The position numbers were made by a program, and so were the translations under genes. The notes below the pieces were generated by a model. The model searched no databases. It was given only the letters and a program-made list of their open reading frames with translations, and was not told the DNA's origin. A DNA stretch of 61,851 nucleotides from a virus (taxonomy: Duplodnaviria > Caudoviricetes): positions 1 through 61,851 of the IMG/VR virus record IMGVR_UViG_3300033182_001489; one strand, written 5' to 3'. Shown one piece after another: positions 10,529-24,200 of the stretch. Each line of letters opens with the position of its first letter. Position 1 is the stretch's first letter.

Positions 10529-12204
10529 TTATCACATTGGTTTAATTGTTCTTGAGTATGGTATGAAACACAACTGTTTGCACTGAGCGCGCCAGAATTA
10601 ACCGTAAAACTGGTTGTAGATTCTACGACTACAGCTTTATCTGGAATACTTATATCTATTGATTCCTTTAATTCTTTTAATGAAGCGCATGGATACGCCT
10701 CCACTTCTAAGCATTCCTGTATTGATCCTGGGCGCATAACTTGTTTTTGTATAACTGGGCAAGCGCACGGAGAAGTATATCTATTATCCCTGATTTCCGT
10801 TGCGCAAGTAACAGTCTCTCTAACTTTTTTCTTAATAACTGTTTCAGCAGGTAATACATCAAATTTTGGATCATTTGAAAAAGAAACTGTTCCAGTTATA
10901 GTTCCCTGAGAAGGGCATTCATTTATACTTAAATTAAGCGGGCCAAAAAAACCTTCATCTGGTTCAAGCTTTTTATCAATCGCCACTTGTCTCAGCGCTG
11001 CCCTCGCCAGAGCAATCGCTTCTTCAGCCGTATTAGTTGGTTCGACGTGAGAACAATCTCCCACAAGATAATCAGGATTTTTTTCTATAAAAGAATTATT
11101 AACAGGTGCAGAAATATCAAACTCCCTCGAAATGTTAGTTATGCATCCATTTTTTGATAGATTATCATTAATGTATACCCTTGCAGAATTATCCCTCTCA
11201 AGAACCTCTTCCTCTTGAGCTGTAAAATTATAATTTATAGTCCCTTCTTGATAACAATGAGTTATACTTGTATTATTAATTCTTAAAGCAAGACAAACAT
11301 CAACCTCTTCGCAATTTTCTAAAGCGTGTTTTTCATACTCATCAATTATCTGTTGTCGAATAGCTGCCTCATCATAACATTCTAAAGCATAGTCATATTT
11401 AGTTTTAGTAACCTCTCTATTTTCCCCGCATCCTGTAAAATTCTCACAGTCACCTTTAATGCTTCCATTTATGGAAATAGTAACCATACCTGTTTCGCTC
11501 CAGCTTAAAGTAATTGTTTGAGATTCAATACAGCAATCATTTTCATTAATGTTTTTAGTTACCGTCTCAGAAATTTCTACAGAACATTTAACTCGATCGA
11601 TTTTTTCAGACCTTACCTTAGTGTATCTGCCCTCACTATCATTTTCGCAAGGCATTGCGGCATTTGCAATAACATCATTAATATCTTCATCAACCGAAGT
11701 GAATCCTTCAGGAGCTGTTTTAAATGCCTCATTTATTTCGCTGATGGCTTTATCTATTAAGCCAGTGCCAGAGGGAGATCCATCGATAGCGACATAATTA
11801 TCATAATCAACGATTTGCAGAGAAAAAGTTCTTGTGTATGAAACTGACTCTTCATCCCTGCTTGTAGTTATAGTATGCGAAAAAGATTCTGCCTCAGCGT
11901 TTAATATATTACCAAGAATTTTACAATCTAGCGGTTCAATTCTTTGCTCGATCTCATAAAGATAAAAAAGTTGACCATCCCTAAATTCTGTTTCATGGCT
12001 GACAATCTTAGCGTTTTCGTAAGTTTTTCCTTCTAATTTTATATCCTTGTAACCGCCTTCTTCATCAGGAAGATAAACCAAATTTGTATCTTCTGCATCT
12101 CCAACCCATACAGATACATTGGTCCTCTTTAAACTTTTAACTAACCTACCAGCGCTATGCTCGTGGTTAATAGAAAATCCTAATTCAGTGATTACATTTG
12201 GCAT
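10525..12204 (-). CDS. Cys-rich tail protein directly after the TMP (distal-tail position)
   Basis: 559 aa, about 21 Cys, beta-rich; starts immediately after the TMP stop. Confidence 0.6.
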   Translation of the reverse strand: MPNVITELGFSINHEHSAGRLVKSLKRTNVSVWVGDAEDTNLVYLPDEEGGYKDIKLEGKTYENAKIVSHETEFRDGQLFYLYEIEQRIEPLDCKILGNILNAEAESFSHTITTSRDEESVSYTRTFSLQIVDYDNYVAIDGSPSGTGLIDKAISEINEAFKTAPEGFTSVDEDINDVIANAAMPCENDSEGRYTKVRSEKIDRVKCSVEISETVTKNINENDCCIESQTITLSWSETGMVTISINGSIKGDCENFTGCGENREVTKTKYDYALECYDEAAIRQQIIDEYEKHALENCEEVDVCLALRINNTSITHCYQEGTINYNFTAQEEEVLERDNSARVYINDNLSKNGCITNISREFDISAPVNNSFIEKNPDYLVGDCSHVEPTNTAEEAIALARAALRQVAIDKKLEPDEGFFGPLNLSINECPSQGTITGTVSFSNDPKFDVLPAETVIKKKVRETVTCATEIRDNRYTSPCACPVIQKQVMRPGSIQECLEVEAYPCASLKELKESIDISIPDKAVVVESTTSFTVNSGALSANSCVSYHTQEQLNQCDK

Positions 12205-12205
12205 A

Positions 12206-15200
12206 TTACCTCGCTCCGCCAGTTAATAAATTTATCACATCATTCATTGCTGCAGAGATCCTGTAGCCAAGCGTTGTCTCCAAACTTGACTCCATAGCTT
12301 TTTTGAAATCTGCCAAAGGAGTCTCAACACCTTTTCTTAACTGTTCGTTATCGGCAACAACTTGAACTATTCCAGAAGTATCTAAGTTAAGATCAAACTT
12401 GTGAGTTACGGAAGTTGCATTTTGAACAGCTTCATTTAGCGCCTTTACTGCTGCATCAAGTTTTTCTACATCAATATTAACAGTTGGCATATCCTCAGGA
12501 GCTTGCAATTGCAAAGAGAAGTCATCTGGCATAGCAAGCCTTAATTCTTCCGAAGTAGGAGGTGACAATCTTATCTCAGACAAAGATGCCATACTAGTCT
12601 CCAACCTACTTATAGCGGTATTAAAATTGTCTACATTAAATTCTACTGCAGGCATTTCTTCAGGAGCTTTTAAGGTAAGCATCTCTTCCAATCCTTCTGG
12701 AATTTGCAACCTTGGTTGGTTTACTTCTTGAGTTTGAATTTCGGCAGAAGAATTATCATTATTTGTTTCAAATACATTTTCAGTATTATTAAATAATGCC
12801 CCTTGCTCATTGAGACCCTGCTCCATCATCATGGGGCCAATTGGGGTTTGCAGAATATCGCTTAAATCTCCAATTTTTCCTATAAAAGAGGTGAACCCTT
12901 CCATTAAAGGAGCTAAGGCAGAAGGTATTGCATCTAAAAATGTTGTATCTACACCCATTGAAGTGGAAGATGGATTTAAGGAATCCATTGCAGCGCTTTG
13001 ATTTCTGAACGTGTCGCTTTCATACCTGTAAAGCTTTTGTTCTGGTTTTCGAGTTAAGAAATCAACTGGAGGACTCTCAAAACTATTATTGAACCTTCGT
13101 ACCTGAGGCTCCAAATCATCTTCATCAACCTTGTATCTTAATTGATCCATATCTGGAATAGAGTCAGGAATTGTATGACCCTCAGGAGGAACAAATTGTT
13201 GTTGGCTAGAAAGGTCTGGGGTTTGAGTTTGAGACCTTAAAAAGTCCTCTATTGCATCACAGCAGTTACCCCTTAATGCAAGCGCCTCTTCTCTTGGAGC
13301 AGTTGCATCTGGTTGATTTATAGCAGTTATTCCATCCTTAATAACTTCAGCTTCTTGCTTAAGTGGGTCTGCTGAAGGAATTTTTGCAGGGTCAAATTCA
13401 AAGTTTTGTAATTGCTTTTGAATAGCTTGGTCCATAAACGTCCCCTCGGGAGCTTTGCCGAGCAATTCGTCAACATTACCTCGATTTACTTGAATTCCCC
13501 TATCCTGAAAATGCTCAAATTTATCTTTAGCCCATGCGTCCCAATCTATTTGTTTGTTAGCCTGCCTAAAATTATCATCTTCCAGAAACCTCTTTTTAGC
13601 TGCAATAATATCTGGATCACCTTGATCATCAATTTTCTGAACATCAAGATCGGTAACACTTCTAGCAAGATTGGTTCTAGCAAAAGAATTTAAATCTATA
13701 CCTCCCATTTCTTTCTGCCGTTCAAATCTTGCATTTGCTACATCCTGAACAAGTTTCTGTCCAGGAGTCATACTAGACTTACTTTGTTCTACAATATCTC
13801 TTTTGACTTCAGGAGAAGAGCTTCTTTGATCAGCTTGTTGGAGCCTCTTCTCTTCAGCAGATCCCTTCCTGCAGCAGTCGAGAAGCTGTTTTAATATATC
13901 AACTGCTGGAGACATTGGATTAGCCTGCTTTAAATCTACCTTCTTTAACAAGTTTTCAAATCCTTCCTCGGGCGAATTAGCCTCCTGTTGCAAATCAAAA
14001 ATCTGCTTAAAACCATCTACAAATTGCTTTTGCCCTTCATTAAAACTTTGTTTTACATTTTTACTAATCTCTTTCCACACTTGAAAGGAATCAATAAATG
14101 GTTTTGTTATATCATCAAAATTTACTCTCTCTGAATCTTCAGTTCTTGAAGCCTTAGTGTCAACAAAATTTCTGACCATTTTATTTAAAGCGCGATCATT
14201 GCTAGGTTGCATCACATCCTTCTTAGGATCATATCTATATTGTATGTCTTCAAAAGCAGAACTAGATTGACTTTGCTGGGATGATGATTTTTGCTGATTA
14301 AAAACTTTCTGAAGAGCCATTATAAGAGGACCAGTTATCAAATTAGTTTGAAGAGCTGTACTCGCAGCATTGGCTGCTCTAGGTATAAAACCTTCGGCAG
14401 CAGTTGAATCATCATAAGGGTCAAACCCGAACTCAGATTTTACGCTTGAAGCATATTTTCTTGCAGTAGCTCCTGAGTCTCTTGGAGGTGCAACAAAATC
14501 CATACCACCCCTACTAAATATTTTCTCCCTTGAATTTACAGTTCTTTTTTCAACCCTTCCAGTAGAAGTTCTTAATTTGGCCATACTAACTTCATTAGGT
14601 CTCAAAGGTGATTTATAGCCAGCCCTATGAGCGGCAAACATCTCATTCATTATTCCCTTCGCACCGCTTTTAGCAGACATTCCTGCAGATTTTTGCGTCG
14701 GCTTAAAACCAGAAGCGCTAGCGCTTCTTTTATTTTTCTCTAAGAATTCTTTTAGCTTTTTAATTCTCAATTCGTCATCACTTAATTTACCATCGCCATC
14801 GGTATCATACTTATCTATATCTTGCTGCTTTTGCTCTTTTTCAATTTTTTCTCTATTTTGATTAAATTGTGAAAAAGCTTGGTTTGCAGCAGTCTGAATT
14901 TCATTGAGTGTAGTTTCAGTCATTATAGCTCCTCCTGCGCCAGCGCCTTCCATAATTTGAGTTTTTCTTGTTATATCAAAAGGACCAGTTCCCTCAAGCC
15001 TTCTTTCGTTAGTTAATTGCTCTTGACTCAAAATAGGATTACCTTGTTCATCTACTTTCATAACATTATCCTGCAGAGTAATTCCCAACCTTGCTGCCGC
15101 AGCTTTTTCTTCTGCAGACAAAGTTTCGATGGTTGGTCGACCAATCATATTAGTCTTTATATTGCAAAGATCAGGATTTTCCCTAAAGCCTCTAGGATCA

Positions 15201-18200
15201 ACATGATCAAATATTATTCTATTTTTTGAATTATGATCTCTTTGCACTGCAGCTTTAAATTGATTAAAATAAGTTGCCCGAGCGCGTGCAAAACCTTCTC
15301 TCAGCTTATTCTTATCACCTTCGTTTTTAATCATTCTTCCCTCAAACTTTCTAGGTCCATATTCAAGGTTCAAGTTATCCAAGTCTTTCATTCTTTTATC
15401 AAAACCTATAAGAGATCTATGTGCTCCAGCTCCAGGAGAAGCATCAATAAATCTCGCTAAACATTCATTATAATCTGCCCTATCAATCAAAGCTGCTGCG
15501 CCTCTTGATATACCAGAAGCTCTTCTTTTTGCTTGTACGATTTTTCTAGCTTCATATTCATCTCTCTTCGCTTGAGCAAGCACGGATTTCTCCTGAGGAG
15601 TAAGTCTTTTGTTATGCTTCATTTTTAACTTAATATAGTTAGGAACTCTACCCTGCGCGGCTCCATAAAGCTCTTCTTTATCGATTTCAGATATAAAAGT
15701 ATTTAACTGTTTTATTATGCCTGGAGGAACTTTATTTTCTATATCGTCAGCATATTTTGATTTAAACATCTCCCTTTCATGTAGTGACATTCCTTTATAT
15801 ATACTCCTGAAATCTGTCGTACTCGCAGACCCTTTAAAACCTACCTGAGCACTTTCTGCAATAGCATGCATAAGTTTATCTATAGGACTTAAAGTGTCAA
15901 ACTGTCCAAGCACTTCAGGCTCTTCACCTTCTTTACTAGCAGTTCTTTGAACAACAAAACTATTGCTCAAGTCGCCAGAAAATGTAGACTTATTTAAATC
16001 TCCAGCAGGAGTACTGCTAGTTAAGGTCAGCAAAGACCCTTCATTTTTAAATAAATTCATTGCCCCTGGAGTAAACTCTCCACCGTATTTACTTGCCCAG
16101 ATTTGTTTCATACGTTGAAACTTAGAATCATTCTTATAAACATATTTACTTCCAGGAGTAGTCGTAGCAATCAATTCATAAATTTTTTGAGGAGTGATTA
16201 CATTCTCTCCCACCTTAGAAACAAACTTTCCATCCTGAGTCATTAAGCCTCTTTTCTTTAAAACGGGAATGATCTCATCTCCCCTGTTTTTAAACAACTG
16301 CTCTCCAGCCTCTTGAGCGTTCTTAACAGGAATGTCTCCAGCAGGCATCTGAACCTTAATATCAGATTCATTGTAATTTTCAAAAAAGTCTTTATAAGTT
16401 GAACCTAAAGACCAATCTGAATTAGATAATTCGTGATAATTTTTTCTATTTACTACTTCTGCAGTCGTGGCATTAGGATTTAATATTTTTCTATGTTTAA
16501 GTTCCGCCAAAACCGCCTGCTTGTATTGGTTAAATGCAACGGACCTGGCTTCTACTCCAGTTTGTGGATTATTACCAATGCCAGCATTCAACCTCAAATC
16601 GTCATATACCTTTTTCTTTTCGTCAACGTCTCTCCATAATTGCCCTTTTTTAAGATTATAATCTTGAGTATATTTTTGAATAAACTTTAAAGGATCGTAT
16701 ATATTTGTTAAAGTTGGCTTTTCTGGAGAAGACTCTCCGTCAAGAAGATTAAAGTCTCCATGAGGACCATCTCCCCTTAATTCTCGCTCAAATGCTTGCC
16801 TAGAACGCTCATTCATATTTTCTTTTATGAATTTATTTCTTTCTGCGTGTTGCTGCTGAAGTCTGGCCTCATCTAGTTCAAAATTTAAATCTTGACTTCC
16901 TACCTCCGCCTCTTCTCCACCAAACATTGCAGTGTCAATTTTAGCAGCTTCCAGCGAATCTAATGAAGTTGCCGCTGTTCTAATTCCATTAAAATAATCC
17001 TTATCATAAGTTTGCCATCTAGTACCTATATTATCAGGCGCCCATGATGGGTCCGAAAGTCCACTATATTGAGCCTCTGGGCTGCTTAAATGCATCTGCA
17101 AGAAATCTGTCAGAGAAAAAGGTCCACCTTCATTAAACAAGCCCGTGCGAATACTGTCCTTAATCATTCCATCGATTTGTTTAAATTTTTCCTGCTTGGC
17201 ATATAGTGCGTTCAAATGTTTCATTGTAGACTTATACTCTGCGCTATCTACGCCACCTTCTTTTTGCTTCAACATATCCCTTTTTGCTTCTAATTCTCTT
17301 CCAGTGAGCTCATCTTCACCGCTTAACCTAAACATTTCTCGAGTTTCAAACAAGTCTTTATACTGAGCTTTGGTTCTTTCTTCTAACGCAGAACCTCTTT
17401 TAATTACAGTTTGATGATACGGGACAGATTGAATTAAAGCAGCTGCAACACTCTGCGCTTCGGAAATTTCTTTTTGTTTTCCTGGTTCAAGCCCTTTTAT
17501 TTTACTTGCTGGAATATTTAAAACATTTGACCAGCTAGATATTGCACCCAAACCTCCTCCAGAAAAATAATCCAACATTCCAGACTCTAAGGAAGCGGTA
17601 TATGGAGACACTCTATGCACCATGTTTTCTTTTAGCATTTTATTAACGTTCTCCTGAATCTTTGGTGCATAAAAATCCTCCCTTTCTCTAAAATCTTTTG
17701 AACCAACCCCTTTAAAAATTTCACTTCTATCTAAAAATCCATCATCATTAAGATCTTGAGTCTGTAAAAGTTGACTAAACATTTCGGGAACGAATGTTCC
17801 TGCATCCGCACCAACTTTTTTGCGCCGAGCAATACTATAACCTTCTTTATCGCTACCCAATAATTTACCCAAATGATTATCTAAACTGAAGTCTGCCCCC
17901 ATATCTCCAATTTCCCTAGCGCTCAACCTGTTATCTTCATTAATGTCATAAAAATTAAATTTATCTCTTAGATTTTTCTTCAAAAAGTCCATGGCGTGAT
18001 CCTCGGCAGATCTTCCAGGCACTGTAATTGGACCAATTTTATAATCTTGATAGGTTTTGAAAATTTCAGAAGTGCCCTCTACCCTAGCACCCTCTGCGCT
18101 TAAATTTTCTCTAGCGAATTTGTCCAACATTTCCTTTCGGCTAGATTGTCTTTGTATTTGATTTAATTTTGCATTTCTGCTTTTAAGAGGTTGGTCGCGC

Positions 18201-21200
18201 CACCACTCCATAGTTTTACCTGATCGAGATAATAAGTTAGTCAGTCGCCCATGAGCTTTATCAATTTCATTTACTGGTATTGACCCCATTGCTAAATTAG
18301 CCCCAACATCTGTTCCAGCCAATTCCATTTGAGCTGTATATTGAAGCATTTCAGGCATACCTGCAACGTCTTTCCATTGATCTCTCGCCTTAGCAATTTT
18401 TTCAGCAACGCTTGTTTCTGCACCCTGCTCTTTTTGCTCTTTAGTAAACCTTGATTTACTAAAATCTTCCCATTTTTCTTCTGTACCCGCTTTTACCGAA
18501 GATCTATTTTTTAACTCAAAAGAGTATTGCTTCATAAAATCTTCCTTGGCTTTTAAAATTTCGCTATGCTGCTCGGGAAGCAACATTTCTTTTGGTACAT
18601 TTGGAATAGTTAGGTATTTAGATTTTAGATCTAGCCACTTCTGATGTTTATCCTTGAGTTCGGGACTCCACTGATCGTCTTCAAACATTATTCCCCTTTG
18701 TAGGTTTAGTTTATTTCGATCAGGAGTTTCTCCAGGATAAAGGTCAGGCATTTGTTGTTTTCTAGACTCTTCAAGAAGTTCGTTTTCAAAAACTCGCTGT
18801 ATTGCAATTTCTTTACCTTCAATTGTATCACTTCCGAAACGTCTACCAACATCATTAAATACTGACTTTTGACCAGAGCTTAAATCATTACTCATGCTAG
18901 AATATAAACCATCTACCTTAGCTTTATACTCCGACTCTGCCTTAGCTCTCACAGCTAAAGCTTTTTTAATTCTTGCTGGTGCAGATAAACCTTTTTTAAT
19001 ATCCGCCCTTTTGACAGAAATTTTTTCTAATTTTTGTTGCAAGCTTTGTTTCTTTAAGTTAAGGTTTTTTCTTTCTTCTGGAGTAACGCCTTGAGATATT
19101 TTTTTATCAATAACCCCAATTTCAGCCTGCGTATTATCAAATTCTTTCATCAAGGGACCAACGTCTTGCTGCTGCACAAAGTCATACATCCGATCTACAT
19201 AAGCATTAATTTCTGCCTCAGACATGTTCAATGATCCAAGCTTTTTATTGTTTAAAAAGTCGTGCCCTAAATGCTCTTTGTTAACTCCTTGTACGATTTT
19301 ATTTAATGAAAAATCAGATATAGCTTTATTTAAATCAAATCCAGCAGAGCTTATTTCTTGGTTCGCGGACTTGACCTTCGTATTTCTTTCGGCTATAAAT
19401 TTACTAAAATCTCCATACCTTTTCGCATCTCTTTCAAACTTTTTTGATTTTTTGTCTTGAGTACGAATCTTTTCTACAGATTCCCTTGAAAGTTCTTGAT
19501 TATCAATTGATTCTTTTCTTTGCATTAAAACCGAAAGGGCGCCAAGCATTCGCCTTCGGTCTTCAGGAATATGCTTGCTTATTTCATCATAATTTTTGTA
19601 TTTAGATTTTCCAAGCTCAGATCTTGACGTTTTTTGGTCATAACCGCTTCTGTACCTATCGGTATCACTAAAACCCTGTAACGTGGGATCCATGTTTTTA
19701 TTATCTTCGTAACCGCTCCTCATAATATCTGCTTCATATTTCTCTATGAGTTTTTCAAGACTTGCCTCGCTATCATAATTTCCAAGGCCTGGTAATGATA
19801 CTGCTCCAAATTCTGGATGAAACATATTTACGCCTTTTGTGTCTGGGTCGTGCTCTACCGTCCAACCATCTTTTTGCTTGCCCCACATTAAACTATTAAC
19901 ACCATCTGTATATCTGATCATTTTCATGGTGTCCCTAGCGTCGCTCACAAAATCCCCATCAAACAAAGGTCTTTTTACGGGCAACTTCCCGCTAGCAAAA
20001 TAATCTTCATAAGCCTTATCTACATCCGCTTCAATTGCAGCTTGCCTCCTTGGCTTCCCATCTGCCTTTAGAGGAATGCCTAATATTTTAGCCATTTCAA
20101 GGGGGTATCCTACTTTTCCGTAATCCAAGGTACCTCTCGACGCAGCGTCTTTCCATTCCTTTTTTGATTGTAAAATCTTATGCTCTTTGCTAAATAGCTT
20201 ACCACGTCGATCTTTAATTAAGCTTGCAACCTTACTTTCGTATTCAATTTGATCTGGCTTTAACTGCCCAAGTCTGACTACATCGTCCACGCTATGACCC
20301 GTAGTTGCCACAAAATCTGTAGAAGAAGCTGTATGCCCTCTTCTTTTATTAACTAAATTAACATTCTCAAGCCCTTTCAAATAATCTTTAGCTTTTTTCG
20401 CTCTTAGATCTTTTATGTCTTTAGTGTTAGGCTTAATGGTTTTAGGTTGGCCAGTCTTGGGGTCAATCCTTGAAATTTCAAAGTTAGGATCTGAAAATGT
20501 ATCCATTATTTGTTTTTGAGTATAGCCCTCTTTACTCATTTTTCTTAAAGTGGCCATATCAAAATGAGTATTTCCTGAGGCATCATATAATGAAACAACA
20601 TCGCTAATCATTCTATTTGCTTCATCAAATGTATAATTTTGCTTAAACACTGGATCATCATCACTAAACCAATTGTCATTTACCTCTCCCAATTGTCTTA
20701 ACTTTTTATTTTCTAAAATCTTAGCATCCATATCTTCTGCAATATCAAGCAGTCCAAGTATATGCTTCATTTGCTCTTCCATGCGTCTTTTATTTTCTTC
20801 TTCAATTGATGCATCGAATAAATCTTTCCCCGCTACATTTATTCTTTTCTTATTACCTTTTTCGTCAATAGTATCGTAACTAAAACCTTTTTGCAACGGC
20901 TCCCCACTTATTAAATCTGCGCCAATTCTGGATTCTTTTTGCTTTTGAGCCATGTAGCTTAGATCCATTATATCCCTCAACTCATCAGCTCTGGTTTTGA
21001 TAAGTTCAAGAATTTGCTTCTGCTGTTCTTTTAATTCTTCGGGACTCTTAGCCCAAGAAACATTACCGCTTGAGTCAAAATCCACATAATCCCCAAGTAC
21101 AGTTCTTGCACCATAAGCTGTTGCACCAATACCTGCGCCGACAAGAGCTCCTACTGGACCACCTATAAGTGCTCCCGCAATTGCCCCTCCAGCCGCATAT

Positions 21201-24200
21201 GAACCCAATCCCAATAGATGTCCTTCTCCGCCAGAATGAGTATCCCTGAAATATTCTCCAGCTATAATGCCTACAGCAGGTGCAGCAGCAATTGCGCCAG
21301 CGGTAGCCCCAGACGCCAAAGAAGCGCCTATTGTAGCTCCTCCAGTTTTTGCAATAGCGGCGGCTAATAAACCTTCTGCCGCCACACCCGTTCCCAAACC
21401 TGTCCATTCTGCACCAGTTGCGCCAAGAAAACCTTTTTCTTGTGAAAAACCTTTGCCATACATTCTCAATAATTCTCTTCCTACTGGATCTTGCGCTGCA
21501 TTAAAAACATTATATTCATTCGAATCAATACCGTTTGAGTTCATCCACTGCAGAGCTTCTTCTTGCGTATCAAATATTTTTGGCTCCCTAATGGATAAGA
21601 CATCTTGATTCTTCATTTCACCAGTTTGCGAATCAAACTCATCTTTTTTAAACGTTGTTGATTGTCCTCCAAGAGCATTTGGGTTATTGAATTTTAAAGT
21701 ATCTGCTGAGACCTCTAATGGATTAAAAGCTGCTCCAGATTCTGATAAAAACATTCTAGGATTATCTTTTTTTTGTATCGCAAATTTGCTTCTACCTGCA
21801 AGGCTTGCGGCATAATCTGCAACTTTCATACCTTTTTCGGTTTGAGCAAAATAAGCTGCGCCAACATTTAGACCTACAGTAGTGCCCATACCTATTCCAG
21901 TTCTTGCTGCAGAGCCTAGCTTTTGCGGCCCCATTTTTAAATTCACTGCGTCATCTAAAACTTGCTGAGCTCGCTTCGTTCTACTTAATGTGGCGTTATC
22001 AATTAAAGCCTTAGCCCTGGTTCTCGCTTCTTCAGTTGTAATTTTTGAAGAAACCTTTTCGGTACTTAATATTCTTTGTCGTTTTTGATCAACCATATCA
22101 TCAATTTGATCAACAGAAGCGTTAGGATTTGCAGCGATCTGCGAAGTTCTAAAATCGTCAAGATATTTGTCTACATCTGTAATTTGTTTGCCAGGAGCTT
22201 CTATAAAAGGTTTTTCGGGCTCAGGCAGAGTCTTCCGAGATCTTGTATGTAATATATCATCCTGGTGCTTATCAAGAATCGGAGTAAGATTAGATTTCGG
22301 CTTAATGTCTTCTGGTTCTACATATGTGCCATCAAGCACCGCGGAGACATTAGATTTTGGCTGAGTCTGAACAAGCTTTCCATCTACGTCCTCAGCATAA
22401 TTATCAGGATCATAAAATGTTGGCTTGTTAACATTTAATTTAATCTCTTCGGCAAGACCCGCAATCCTTTCTTCTTCAGTCGCGTCTGAAAATGAAACTG
22501 AGCTATCTCCTTTTTGAATTGACCGATCCCCCCAATTTAAATTATTCATCATTCTCTGATACGGTCTAGTATCTTTTGCATCAATTCTTTTTGCCCACAT
22601 TAGCTTCTCTCCCTTATTAAGTGGAGCTAGGGGGTCATCTACAGCAGCTATAGAAGCTTTATTTTTCCTTGTTATTTGGGTGCCAGGACCTTCAAAAGCA
22701 AAATAATCCTTAAGTCCAACTTTTGGCATGCCTCCTTTTTTTGTGAACTTATATTCATCTCCAAGTTTTTCTTTACCAGCGAGAGATTGTTCTAAATCTT
22801 TCTCAAATGCAGATTTTGGATTCCTTCTATAGCTATCTGCTAGACTTTCATTTCTTGTAGGAACTAAATTAGCAACTGCGCTTTTCGCGTTATTTACATC
22901 CTGCAATTTAGCATTCTCCATCTGTTCTTTATTTCTACGTTTTAATCTACTTACAAGCTTATCGCTTAAATTAACCACGCCATCTTTCATGGAAAGTAGT
23001 CCAAAACCAGACTTCATTGCTTTGGTAGTTCCTTTAAATAATCCAGTATCAACAACCCAATCGCTTAGAGCTCTTAATCTTTCAGTTAAACTTCTTGACT
23101 GCTTTGCTGGAGAGTCTTCTTCTGGACCATCTATTCCAGGAGGATAATCTGGAGTATCTTCGACAGCCTGCTTGAATACTGGGTCAGTTTCTTCCTTGAT
23201 ATCAGTAGCTTGCTTTACAGCACTCTGCCCATCTCCAGTCGCTTCTCCTTCAGCCACTTCAGTCACAGTACCTTGAGCTTCTCTTAGGGCATCACCAACA
23301 GCATTTGCATCCTCAACAGGATCTGGGGCAGGAGGCCTGCTTGTATTTGCTAAATCGCTACCCAACCGCTCAGTACCCTTAAGTCTTCGATCGGTGAAAC
23401 CTTTTTTCACAACTACATTTCCAGCTTTTGCAGTATCTGGGTCTATAATTCCGCCAGGAGTATTATTATGAACATCTAGCATGTTTGCCATTTGAGTTAA
23501 CTCTTCATCGGTCAATGTTCCTGATAAACCTTTTGCAAGTAAATGTTTAAATAAATCGTTATAAGCCCCTCTTTTAATGCCCATTGATTCCATAAGTAAA
23601 TCCATAGCCCTGGTTTGAGCATCAATATTATCCACGTTTTCTAGAGCGCTTGTAGGATCTAGAGCGTCGGCTAAAACATTTCCAGATGTCTTTAAGTCGC
23701 CACTACTACCGCTTTGCTGGACCTGATCCATAATGTTTCTAATTTTTTCAATAGTTTCATCGGGCGCTTGAATATTCGATAAATCCAACGATCCATCTTT
23801 GAACAATACAGCATTAATATCATTTGCATCTGGAAGAACATTACCCTTCTCAAGAGCGAGTTGTTGAGCCTGAGTATATAATTCATCCGCGGCTGTTATT
23901 TGCCCAATTCTCTTGGCAACATCTGCAGCATTATGTCCCGAACCCAAAAGATTTAGAATCTTTTTAGCTGCATCAGGCTTCTCCATTGGTATTAAACTAT
24001 TTTTAATTGCAAATCCTGAAAATATTTTACCTTCCTGTATTTCACTAAGTAATTGCTCTAATCCAAATTTTTTCTTCACAGGGCTCCCATCAGGATAAAT
24101 CGGATTTAAGTATTTTATAAAATCTCCAATTTTAAAAGACTTTCCATTATCAGCAAGACTATCCAAATAAGGGCCAACAATATTCATACCGACATGCTTT

